Assembly: GCA_045636045.1 (NCBI GenBank)
Contig: JAZTWT010000016.1
Coordinates: 15,258-79,257 of the forward strand
Direction of reading: 5' to 3'
Length of the DNA stretch: 64,000 nt
Origin: Candidatus Enterousia sp.
GTDB lineage: Bacteria; Pseudomonadota; Alphaproteobacteria; Rs-D84
In this document: positions 49,921 through 57,779 of the stretch, piece after piece
How the letters are laid out: every line of letters begins with the position of its first letter
How positions within the stretch are numbered: position 1 is the stretch's first letter
Position numbers and translations under genes: made by a program
The notes under the pieces: generated by a model
The model's input: the letters and a program-made list of their open reading frames with translations, nothing else
What the model was told of the DNA's origin: nothing
The model's database searches: none

Positions 49921-50274
49921 TTATTGCAGTAAATCAACGACTTGTTTAATACTTGCTTTTTCGTCATCCGTATCGGCTTTTAATATTTCCATTTTGGAAA
50001 AATCCCCGAATTTTGCTTTTTGTAAATCAGAAACCAAAGATGCACCGATTTTTATCATGCCGTGGTCTTGGTCAAAAAATTCGTTTAATATCTCGTCAAT
50101 GGACATATTTTCTGCATCCCAGCCGCCCAAACAATCTTTGATTTCGTCTTCAATTTCGTCTTGGACAAATGGGTCGTCTAACAACTGCCGCAACTTGCGT
50201 AATTTTTCATTGTATTCGCTAATACAATTATTCAAACATCCAATAATTGAAATAGTCATTGTTCTTTGTGCCAT
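49921..50274 (-). CDS. acidic phage protein
   Basis: 117 aa, D/E-rich (DDPFVQDEIEDEIKD, DAENMSIDEILNEFFDQD). Confidence 0.45.
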   Translation of the reverse strand: MAQRTMTISIIGCLNNCISEYNEKLRKLRQLLDDPFVQDEIEDEIKDCLGGWDAENMSIDEILNEFFDQDHGMIKIGASLVSDLQKAKFGDFSKMEILKADTDDEKASIKQVVDLLQ

Positions 50275-50284
50275 GTTCTATTCC

Positions 50285-50497
50285 TTATGTTCTACGCCAT
50301 CTTTTTTTACAGTCGCCATAATTGTCAAACAATTCATATTCACGACCGCACTTTTTGCATTTACGGTGTGGAATACGCACGTGTTCATATTCATAACCGT
50401 TTGGATAAACCCAAGTGTCAAAATATTTCCACTCGTGTTTGCATTTCGGTTTCATATCTCTATTCCTTATGTTCAACTGGTTACAATTTGTAACCAT
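50285..50497 (-). CDS. zinc-ribbon phage protein
   Basis: 70 aa with CKHEW...CKKCG. Confidence 0.4.
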   Translation of the reverse strand: MVTNCNQLNIRNRDMKPKCKHEWKYFDTWVYPNGYEYEHVRIPHRKCKKCGREYELFDNYGDCKKRWRRT

Positions 50498-50498
50498 C

Positions 50499-50933
50499 TC
50501 AATCCTTATGTTCTTGATTGTTCGGTTTTTCCGAATTGTCGTGGGTTATCTGGGCAAGGGCTTTGCGTGCAAGCAAAACGCTTTTCGGACTAAGCCAATC
50601 TCGTCTATAATCAAAATTTGGGTTGCGTTCTTCTTCTGGGTAGCACCAATCGTCTGTTTTTGCGTATCTTTCCAACGCCTGTTTAGCAATCTGCAAATCC
50701 TTTTCAAGTGCCAGTATTGTGTTGTTTCTTATTTGTTCCCACATTGCGTGGTGTTTTTTGAACTCTTCCAATTCTTCTTTCTTGTCCTGCAAATCACGCT
50801 GGGATTGTATCAGGGCTTGCCATAGTTTTTCGTTGCCACTTAAAAAGCCGTGCTTTCGGCAATACCAAACAACGGCAGTTGCCGCAAATCTTAACTCCTG
50901 TCCACAAAACGGACAAATCATTTCATCACCCAT
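50499..50933 (-). CDS. zinc-ribbon + coiled-coil phage protein
   Basis: 144 aa with CPFCGQ...YCRKHG followed by a helical region. Confidence 0.45.
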   Translation of the reverse strand: MGDEMICPFCGQELRFAATAVVWYCRKHGFLSGNEKLWQALIQSQRDLQDKKEELEEFKKHHAMWEQIRNNTILALEKDLQIAKQALERYAKTDDWCYPEEERNPNFDYRRDWLSPKSVLLARKALAQITHDNSEKPNNQEHKD

Positions 50934-51006
50934 CTTTACGCCTTATGTTTGTATTGTCCGTTTAATTTGCGCCACTTGCGCTGGCGGTTGATACGCATTT
51001 TTTTGT

Positions 51007-51300
51007 TTATTGCAGCACGCAATCGGATAATGCGTTCCGGTGGTGAATACATGGGAAGTTTGAAAGCAATAGTGATTTCATATCTTCCCACAATGCAACG
51101 GCAATCAGCATATCAAAACGTCCAACGCCGCATATCACAATGTACATATCGGCAAGTTCCAACATTTTCTTTTTTGTGTCTGTTTCTGTTTCAAATTCCA
51201 GTCGTTCTTCTTTGAATTTTTCAAGTTGACCGGCCAATGTGGCATCTGGGAATGTCTTTTTGTGCCACTTTTTGATGGTTTTGTTGGTTTCAAATAACAT
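51007..51300 (-). CDS. MazG-like nucleotide pyrophosphohydrolase (phage type)
   Basis: KWHKKTFPDATLAGQLEKFKEERLEFE...ELADMYIV pattern. Confidence 0.5.
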   Translation of the reverse strand: MLFETNKTIKKWHKKTFPDATLAGQLEKFKEERLEFETETDTKKKMLELADMYIVICGVGRFDMLIAVALWEDMKSLLLSNFPCIHHRNALSDCVLQ

Positions 51301-51515
51301 TATTTATTCCCTTGGTTTTGGTTTGGAATAAGAATCATGCCGGCAAATGCAATAAGTGCCATGATGTCAAATGTTGTTTTCAGATCCACAATTCGTGATT
51401 CTGTAATCGCAATGTATGCGAATATCGCAACATAGATAAAGACAACCCAGTTGCAGGCAGCATCAATTACGTCAAGAATGTTTTTGATTATGTATTTTGG
51501 TATTTTGATTTTCAT
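51300..51515 (-). CDS. small membrane phage protein
   Basis: 71 aa with two hydrophobic helices. Confidence 0.4.
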   Translation of the reverse strand: MKIKIPKYIIKNILDVIDAACNWVVFIYVAIFAYIAITESRIVDLKTTFDIMALIAFAGMILIPNQNQGNK

Positions 51516-51725
51516 TTATTCCCCTTTTGGTTGTTTTTTGAAACGGTTCTTGTTTATAAAAACATTGAGTTTTTCAAGACAGTTGGTTGCGGTAGCCAGC
51601 CATTTGGTCAATATGTCACAGATGCACCACAGATAGCATGCGGTGATATAAAGTAATCCGGCCAGCAGTTGTGTGATAAATAGGAATATGGTCTTGAAAA
51701 AATACATAACGTCTGTTGCTTTCAT
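51516..51725 (-). CDS. small membrane phage protein
   Basis: The start at MKATDV sits just after the stop of the upstream gene. Two TM helices. Confidence 0.4.
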   Translation of the reverse strand: MKATDVMYFFKTIFLFITQLLAGLLYITACYLWCICDILTKWLATATNCLEKLNVFINKNRFKKQPKGE

Positions 51726-51726
51726 T

Positions 51727-51999
51727 TTATTTGTCTTTTGTTTCTGGGTGTGTGGATTCTTTGAATTCGTACAGGCATTTTGACCAGTGTTTGCCCACAA
51801 ATTCGGTAATAATCAGTTTTCCGCAGGTGTATCCAAGCCCGGGGAAATACCAACCGCTGGTTTGTAATACCGGCTTGGTTGATGTGTAAGAAATATTTCC
51901 TGCGGTGCCCATGCATAGATATTTTGCATCGCTTGGCAATGCCTGACGTAATGTTTCGGCAGAAATTCCAATTTGTTCAGTTTTTTTGTCTTTTGTCAT
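51727..51999 (-). CDS. hypothetical phage protein
   Basis: 90-aa ORF in the co-directional packed operon. Confidence 0.4.
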   Translation of the reverse strand: MTKDKKTEQIGISAETLRQALPSDAKYLCMGTAGNISYTSTKPVLQTSGWYFPGLGYTCGKLIITEFVGKHWSKCLYEFKESTHPETKDK

Positions 52000-52402
52000 T
52001 TGTGTTTTCCTTTGGTTTATATCTGTTTGGCCAACGTTCGATTAAATATGGTTCAATATCCAATTTCGCTAATTTGTGTTCGCCGACCGAATAGATATTT
52101 TTTTCACTGACATAGAAAGGTAGCCGGCGGCGGATATAATTTTCGTCACAGATTTTGCGTGTTTCTGTGTATAGTGTTGACAGATCTAATTCCTTGATTT
52201 TCTTGTATCGTTGAACAGAAGAAATTCGTTTTGTGATATCTGTTTCTGCATCTTGTTGTGTTGCGTATGGGCCCAAAAAAATGTTGTATTTGAAATCTTC
52301 GTAGTACCACCCTGTTTGCCGCGTGGTTGAATAAACCAGACGGTACAGATGGTTGCCGATGGGCAGATAGTTTTTTGGAAAAACTTTCTTGCCGGTTGCC
52401 AT
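51977..52402 (-). CDS. hypothetical phage protein
   Basis: 141-aa ORF in the operon. Confidence 0.4.
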   Translation of the reverse strand: MATGKKVFPKNYLPIGNHLYRLVYSTTRQTGWYYEDFKYNIFLGPYATQQDAETDITKRISSVQRYKKIKELDLSTLYTETRKICDENYIRRRLPFYVSEKNIYSVGEHKLAKLDIEPYLIERWPNRYKPKENTNDKRQKN

Positions 52403-52406
52403 ACTC

Positions 52407-52868
52407 TTATCCCCCGATATTTAATTTTGCACGGATATTCTTATAGTGTTTATGTGCGGTCATAAGAGAACAATCCATGATTTCTGCAATTTCTTTGGGT
52501 TTAAGTTCCGGGTGTTCGTGCATCAGCCCATAAAAAGGTCGTTCCCATTCAGTCAAACAATCAGGAAATTTTAATATTGGTTCTTCGTTGTCGTCATCTT
52601 CTGCGATATCTTTGTTCATGTCGCATTCGTCTGTATCATCGGTGTGATTTGTTGCAGGGCAATCATCGCATGTGTTATTGCTGGGAATTGTATCTGTTAT
52701 TTCGTGGTTTGTTGGGGATTTGCACGCAAATTCATCTATCAATGCGATTTTAATATCGTCACGCAAAACCCATTCAAGCGTTCTGATTCTTTCTGTTATT
52801 AGATTTACTGGTATGATATTTTTATAACAACGCAGCAGTTCACGTAAAATATCAATTTCGTTTTTCAT
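52407..52868 (-). CDS. phage transcriptional regulator with C-terminal sigma-r4/LuxR-type HTH
   Basis: Starts at MKNEID after an AAAGGGGGA RBS, with an acidic/Cys-rich middle. The C-terminus KPKEIAEIMDCSLMTAHKHYKNIRAKL is HTH-like. Confidence 0.5.
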   Translation of the reverse strand: MKNEIDILRELLRCYKNIIPVNLITERIRTLEWVLRDDIKIALIDEFACKSPTNHEITDTIPSNNTCDDCPATNHTDDTDECDMNKDIAEDDDNEEPILKFPDCLTEWERPFYGLMHEHPELKPKEIAEIMDCSLMTAHKHYKNIRAKLNIGG

Positions 52869-52885
52869 ATATCCCCCTTTGTTAG

Positions 52886-53230
52886 TTATGGATTGACCAA
52901 GATTGAAACTTTTTGTCCGACGGCACATTGTTTGCCATTTTGTGTTGAAATGGTTTTTTTGCAGCATTCCCAGCGGTCGAATGTCTGGTTGTAAATACAG
53001 GTGTCGGCTTTCCGGGGGGCGGATAAGCCAACAATAAGAGCGATAACGCCAATTATGAAACACGCCATAGGTGTGCAACAATATTTGCAACGGTGGTGAC
53101 GTATAGAAATATAATTTGCACGAAATTGATTGGCGAATGAAAAACTGCCAAATATGAAACGTGGTTTCGAGTTGCGATATTTGATGTAATCTTGGATTGT
53201 GTGTATAAGTGCACGAATTGATGTGATCAT
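52886..53230 (-). CDS. first gene of the leftward early operon, membrane protein
   Basis: 114 aa, directly downstream of the predicted PL, with a GGGAGAAAAAG RBS. Confidence 0.4.
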   Translation of the reverse strand: MITSIRALIHTIQDYIKYRNSKPRFIFGSFSFANQFRANYISIRHHRCKYCCTPMACFIIGVIALIVGLSAPRKADTCIYNQTFDRWECCKKTISTQNGKQCAVGQKVSILVNP

Positions 53231-53257
53231 GTCTTTTTCTCCCTATTGTTTGACATC

Positions 53258-53311
53258 ATTGTAGAATAAAATATACAAGATTTCAAGAAAAAAGTAGAAT
53301 ATAATATACAA
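53258..53311. promoter_or_regulatory. left operator/promoter region (PL plus divergent repressor promoter)
   Basis: Operators TTGTAgaataaaataTACAA (53259-53278) and AAGTAgaatataataTACAA (53292-53311). The - strand promoter is TTGAAA (53281-86), 17 nt, TACAAT (53258-63). A + strand TATAAT lies at 53300-05. Confidence 0.6.
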
Positions 53312-53358
53312 GAAAGAAAGGAGTAAATGATGTAAAATAAAAAAAAGGTAAAAACAAC

Positions 53359-53697
53359 ATGCTGGACAATAAAGCGATAGAAGAAAAAATCAGGGCACTT
53401 GGAAAAAAAGCAGGATTGCATACAGATATGGCGATATGCGAAAAATGCAATTTTTCCACCCGTACGCAACTGGGTAAAATGGGGCAACTTAAAACCGCTC
53501 CACAATTGGATACATTGGAAAAGTTTGCCAAGGGATTGGGTGTACAGATTGAAGATTTGATTTATGACAGAACAGATGCGGATATTGAGTTGTCAAAAAT
53601 ATTGCCGCAATTGTCAGAATATGAAAAGACAGAAGTGGTTGTTTATGCCAAAATGATTATCAAAGAAAAAAACGCAAAAACCCAGAAAGCCGCATAA
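53359..53697 (+). CDS. XRE/cI-type phage repressor
   Basis: HTH segment AGLHTDMAICEKCNFSTRTQLGKM...LDTLEKFAKGLGVQIEDLI. Divergent from the early-left operon. Confidence 0.7.
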   Translation: MLDNKAIEEKIRALGKKAGLHTDMAICEKCNFSTRTQLGKMGQLKTAPQLDTLEKFAKGLGVQIEDLIYDRTDADIELSKILPQLSEYEKTEVVVYAKMIIKEKNAKTQKAA

Positions 53698-53801
53698 TTT
53701 CTCAAATTGGCAGCATTGTCTATGTGAATTTTGGTCTGATTATTGTTGGGCTTGCGGTTTCAACGGCCTGTGCCGTACTAGCGATATAAAGGAAGTGGAA
53801 C

Positions 53802-54002
53802 GTGGCAACAGATAAGATATTGGATGGGGTTCGGCAGGAGTGCATGAGAGTTCAAGAACAGATTGATCGGGCCGAAGGCGATTTGACCGGTTCTATCTGG
53901 GATATGGAACGAAGAATGAGATACATGTTGCAGCGTATTAAAATACAGGGATTTTTTAATACGGTATTGCTGATGCTTCTGTTGTTGTTGATGTTCTTTT
54001 AA
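53802..54002 (+). CDS. small tail-anchored membrane protein in the immunity region
   Basis: 66 aa with a GTG start after a GGAAGTGGAA RBS and a C-terminal TM helix GFFNTVLLMLLLLLMFF. Confidence 0.4.
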   Translation: MATDKILDGVRQECMRVQEQIDRAEGDLTGSIWDMERRMRYMLQRIKIQGFFNTVLLMLLLLLMFF

Positions 54003-54059
54003 TGTTTTTTTTGTGATTTTTGCGCTGGTTAAACACCTGCGTTTTTATTTTTGTATTTT

Positions 54060-54115
54060 ATGCAGAATACAATATACAAAATTTTATTGACTATTTGTAG
54101 ATTATAATATACAAT
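54060..54115 (+). promoter_or_regulatory. right operator/promoter region (PR)
   Basis: TTGACT (54087-92), 17 nt, TACAAT (54110-15). Operator TTGTAgattataataTACAA lies at 54095-54114, with a degenerate copy at 54060-54079. Confidence 0.6.
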
Positions 54116-54141
54116 GCTTTTGTAAAACAATAGGGAATCAC

Positions 54142-54588
54142 ATGTCAGAATCTGCTGCAAAAATTCGTGTAAAGAAGAAATTCCAGGCATTGTCGGCCGG
54201 CCGGCCATGTGCGGTATGCCAGACAATGTATAATCGCAATATGTGTCGTTTTGTGAAACAGGCCACATGTCGGCATCATATTATTCATCGTGGCAGCCAA
54301 TTTTTATTCGGGGATTGGCGTAATGGCATAAATGTATGCCAGGAATGTCACAATAAGATTCATGCACAGGCAGGATTTGCCAATTGGGTTCACGATCATG
54401 TGGTTGGCCCACAGGTAATGGATTTACTGTATGAATTGGCCAGAACTGATTTTAAGCAGCATTTATTGATACATGGCATCACAGCAGACGAATTTTGGAA
54501 GATTCAAGAAAAAAACTTGGATGAGCAACTGGGGCATTCGGTCAGATACGGATGCTTTGGGGCGGATATAAGCGATATCCCATTTTAA
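54142..54588 (+). CDS. HNH endonuclease
   Basis: CAVC...HHIIHRG...CQECHNKIH (HNH with zinc-binding cysteines). Confidence 0.7.
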   Translation: MSESAAKIRVKKKFQALSAGRPCAVCQTMYNRNMCRFVKQATCRHHIIHRGSQFLFGDWRNGINVCQECHNKIHAQAGFANWVHDHVVGPQVMDLLYELARTDFKQHLLIHGITADEFWKIQEKNLDEQLGHSVRYGCFGADISDIPF

Positions 54589-54613
54589 CAATCAACTGAA
54601 AAGGAAGGAACAA

Positions 54614-54826
54614 ATGCAAAATACTGATTTTATTGAGTTGGCGTTTTCATACCATGTGCCGCAATCCGGCCAGACGGAAAAATACGAACAGATCCGAGCA
54701 AAGGCGAAAGAATTTGCATATTTGATTGAGCAATTATGCCCACAGTCGGCAGAACAGATGTTGGCATGGCGTAAATTGCAGGAAGCAATGATGTATGCAA
54801 ACGCAAGTATTGCGATGCACGGATAG
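54614..54826 (+). CDS. small helical-hairpin phage protein (possible Acb2/Tad1-hairpin-like)
   Basis: 70 aa. The pattern P..GQ...YEQIRAKAKEFAYLIEQLCPQSAEQMLAWRKLQEAMMYANASIA matches a widespread phage family ending ...LEEA.MWAN.AI. Confidence 0.4.
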   Translation: MQNTDFIELAFSYHVPQSGQTEKYEQIRAKAKEFAYLIEQLCPQSAEQMLAWRKLQEAMMYANASIAMHG

Positions 54827-55031
54827 GGATTGGCACTTGGCGGTCATTAGCCACCTTTAATCTGCTGACATACCAGTGGTGCCAATAGTATGTCCATTGT
54901 CGGTGCGGAAAGGTTGAAACAGTCAAAGTGACAATTGCTTGCCCAAGCAACCACAGGCGGGTATCCGTTAAATGGTCTGAAATCCGGGTCAATGATCAGC
55001 CGACAACAATATAAAACCAAAGGAAAGGAAT

Positions 55032-55205
55032 ATGAAACGTTTTTTAAGATTATTTTCCACCACAGCATTGGTTCGTGAATTGCTGACACGTGAAGATATT
55101 AAAAGTCAGGAAATCCCACAGGGTAATCGGATGCAGATGCGTGTGCCGGGTGGATCAATTGTGATTATTGTTCGTAAATGTTCCATGGGTGACAAAAGTG
55201 AATAA
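55032..55205 (+). CDS. hypothetical small phage protein (below the ORF-track cutoff)
   Basis: 57-aa ORF MKRFLRLFSTTALVRELL... after an AAAGGAAAGGAA RBS. Confidence 0.4.
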   Translation: MKRFLRLFSTTALVRELLTREDIKSQEIPQGNRMQMRVPGGSIVIIVRKCSMGDKSE

Positions 55206-55387
55206 ATTATGGCATACGAATTTGGAAAGACCACAAGACGGACGGTGGATATTGATTTTTTATTCCACCACCAAAACGCCAACATTGATACTGGCGCATA
55301 AGTGTGTTGGGGTGTTGGATGGTGCAATATGGGCGTATGTACAAGATTTGTTAAAAGCAGAACTGAAATAAAAGAAAGGGGGGCAGT

Positions 55388-55684
55388 ATGTGCGAATGTT
55401 TGATAATTCAAAAACACAGTGGCCGTATCGTTGACAGAACGTCATCGGTATTAGATGCACGTGAAATCATGCAGCAAATGCACGAAAAAATGCGGTCTTT
55501 GTATGAAATACTGCTAATCCCAAATGGTATTCCGGACAATACAGTTTATGTGGAACTGCGTGCCTGTGGGCATACATACGCATTTGCTGATGTATTGCCC
55601 ATAGACAAAGAAAAATTAAAACAACGTGTGAATTCACACACAGATAATGCAATCAACGATATATACCAAAAGCACATCAGATGA
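55388..55684 (+). CDS. hypothetical phage protein
   Basis: 98-aa ORF with a GGGGGG RBS. Confidence 0.45.
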   Translation: MCECLIIQKHSGRIVDRTSSVLDAREIMQQMHEKMRSLYEILLIPNGIPDNTVYVELRACGHTYAFADVLPIDKEKLKQRVNSHTDNAINDIYQKHIR

Positions 55685-55836
55685 GATCACAGCAAGAAAT
55701 ACAGGCCAGAATTGACGAACTGAAAAACAATGTTGATTTGTTGGGTGCGTATCATCCGCAAAGCAAGATGTTGCTGCGTGAAATTGCGGTGTTGGAATGG
55801 GTGCTGGGTGGTAATGGAATGATTAGGATGTTTTGA
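55681..55836 (+). CDS. hypothetical small phage protein (below the ORF-track cutoff)
   Basis: 51-aa ORF MRSQQEIQARIDELKNN... with ATGA and TGATG overlaps to its neighbours. Confidence 0.4.
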   Translation: MRSQQEIQARIDELKNNVDLLGAYHPQSKMLLREIAVLEWVLGGNGMIRMF

Positions 55837-56048
55837 TGAAACCGAAGAATGTGCGTTTATTTTTGCAGATTTCACCAGAACGTGCCAAACAAGTCGTTGG
55901 TCGTTTATGGGCATGTGGTGAATTATCACGTGAACAATATGAACGTAATATGGAAAAAATAGATCGTTCTGCGCTGGTAGATGAAATGCGAAAAAATGAA
56001 AAAACACAAAAATTATTCGCACAAATCCGCCAGTTTTACAAAAAATAA
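55836..56048 (+). CDS. hypothetical phage protein
   Basis: 70-aa ORF translationally coupled to the upstream gene. Confidence 0.4.
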   Translation: MKPKNVRLFLQISPERAKQVVGRLWACGELSREQYERNMEKIDRSALVDEMRKNEKTQKLFAQIRQFYKK

Positions 56049-56075
56049 GTGAAAAAAATACAACGGGGGGCAGTG

Positions 56076-56741
56076 ATGGCAAGAGAAGCATTTTTATTGT
56101 ATGGAAGGTTTCAAGAACCGATAATGCAACTATCAAATGAAAGTAAAGGGATGTTGTTGACGGCCCTGTTTGAATACCACAAAAGTGGCCAAGTGTTGGA
56201 ATTGCCCCCAGATGCCCGAATGGCATTCATGTTTATTAAAAATCAGATGGACTTAGATAATGACAAATATGCTGCAACCTGTGAAAAGCGGGCCGAAGCC
56301 GGTAGAAAAGGTGCAGAAAAAAGCAAACAAAAGCAAATGACAGCAAATGATAGCAAATGCCAGCAAAAGACACCTGATAATGAAAAAGAAAATGAAAATG
56401 AAAAAGAAAATGAAAATGATGTTGTTGAAACAACACGTGCGAACACAACACCAACAACACCAACAGCAAAAAATATTGCAATTTATCGGGCCACATTGAT
56501 GAAAAAGTTTTACATCAAAGGCGAAGATGATGCGTTTTGTCGGGCGGTATTGCATCAAGCACGAACGTTTGACATGAAGAAAATACAAGAAATGGCGAAT
56601 GGTGTACCACGAAGTTATACCATTGACGGCAAAGATGTCTGGGAATGGTCAGAACGTGTGGATATTGCGGTTGGTTATCGTGTTTGGATAGAACGAATTG
56701 TCAAAGCATGGGATGAAGGTAAGTATGCCCCAAAAACGTGA
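56076..56741 (+). CDS. DUF6291-like phage protein
   Basis: REAFLLYGRFQEPIMQLSNESKGMLLTALFEYHKSG...FMFIKNQMDLDNDKY...KRAEAGRKGAEKS resembles the DUF6291 N-domain. It contains a KENENEKENEN repeat. Confidence 0.5.
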   Translation: MAREAFLLYGRFQEPIMQLSNESKGMLLTALFEYHKSGQVLELPPDARMAFMFIKNQMDLDNDKYAATCEKRAEAGRKGAEKSKQKQMTANDSKCQQKTPDNEKENENEKENENDVVETTRANTTPTTPTAKNIAIYRATLMKKFYIKGEDDAFCRAVLHQARTFDMKKIQEMANGVPRSYTIDGKDVWEWSERVDIAVGYRVWIERIVKAWDEGKYAPKT

Positions 56742-56796
56742 ATCCGGTAACAGATTTTGCAAACAAAAAGATTGAACATAAACAGAGAGAGATACC

Positions 56797-57234
56797 ATGG
56801 GAAAACAACAAGATTTATTTCAAACGCCACCAAAACCAATTATATCACACCTGCGGCCGGTACGGTTGGAACAATGGCGTACTGACGGTTTGTTCCGTAA
56901 AGGCAAATATGGTGTTGGCGAAAAGTTGCGTTTTGTGATGCGACTGCGTTCAATGGCGTTTGAATTATCTGCACGTGGTGCATTGGCAATCAAGAATGAA
57001 AACAATTCATTGCCACGTGAATATATCATGATTGAAAAACGCATAACTGTATGCAACAAGTTCAATGTCATTACGGATGTCAATATGCGTGAAATTATGA
57101 AGGGGATGATTGTTTGTGAAGATTTGTTGGGGGCCAGATATATTGCCAAGAAATTAAAATATCCATGGCCACAGTTTGTTATTGATTTCAACATTGGACT
57201 GGAACAAATGATGGGGGCAGAAAAGAATGTTTGA
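56797..57234 (+). CDS. hypothetical phage protein
   Basis: 145-aa ORF. Confidence 0.4.
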   Translation: MGKQQDLFQTPPKPIISHLRPVRLEQWRTDGLFRKGKYGVGEKLRFVMRLRSMAFELSARGALAIKNENNSLPREYIMIEKRITVCNKFNVITDVNMREIMKGMIVCEDLLGARYIAKKLKYPWPQFVIDFNIGLEQMMGAEKNV

Positions 57235-57454
57235 ACCAAAATCACGATTTGCACAGCGGATTGGCAAGAAAATGGACTATGTCGCACATAATGTGCGGCG
57301 TGGCCATATTGTGGTCAATGAACGTGGTTTTGTGGATGTTGAACAATCCTTGGACAATCTGCGTAAAATCCGCCGTGGCCGGCCAAAGGTTGGTTTTTGG
57401 GATAAGAAAGTGCGTGTGTTTGTAAAACGAAAAAATTTGAACAGAATCGGGTAA
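57227..57454 (+). CDS. basic small phage protein
   Basis: 75 aa, R/K-rich; last gene before the late leader. Confidence 0.4.
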   Translation: MFEPKSRFAQRIGKKMDYVAHNVRRGHIVVNERGFVDVEQSLDNLRKIRRGRPKVGFWDKKVRVFVKRKNLNRIG

Positions 57455-57652
57455 ATTGACAATAAAAGTGCTGTAAAAATGTCAAGTGATTTTGATATGT
57501 TTTTCCGCAGAAATCCGGACAAGAACATGTTGAAAAAATCAAACCGATTGCAATATCAACAAAAATCACTATGATTATCAGTATAATGTGTGCGTGGTGC
57601 ATACATTATAAAAGCAACATAACTGCACAGGTTGTTTATTTGATATCGTCAA

Positions 57653-57680
57653 CGCCCAGCCCCCCGGTTGGGTGTTTTTT
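57653..57680 (+). terminator. intrinsic terminator in the leader of the packaging/head operon
   Basis: cgcccagcc-cccc-ggttgggtg stem followed by T6. A weaker hairpin with a T-run lies at about 57696-57721. Confidence 0.6.
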
Positions 57681-57779
57681 ATGGGGCGGCATACCCTGAT
57701 GATGAATCAGTCGGTTTTTTTATATATCTCTACTGTTTTACAGTCGCCCCGCCAAGATTAAAAAGCAAAGGAAAAGTAA

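Noticed and set aside
55168-55371. 67-aa + strand ORF
   Set aside because: Its listed start overlaps the better-supported 57-aa ORF (55032-55205). It could be real from an internal GTG at about 55198, but no RBS or family supports it.
55687-56226. 179-aa - strand ORF and other antisense ORFs in the phage late region (e.g. 60502..61134, 59490..59915)
   Set aside because: They lie opposite tightly coupled + strand phage genes with recognisable products, and have no RBS or coupling.
56383-56420. Short tandem DNA repeat encoding KENENEKENEN
   Set aside because: It is only two units of an 18-bp coding repeat inside a CDS. It is not a CRISPR array or a regulatory array.
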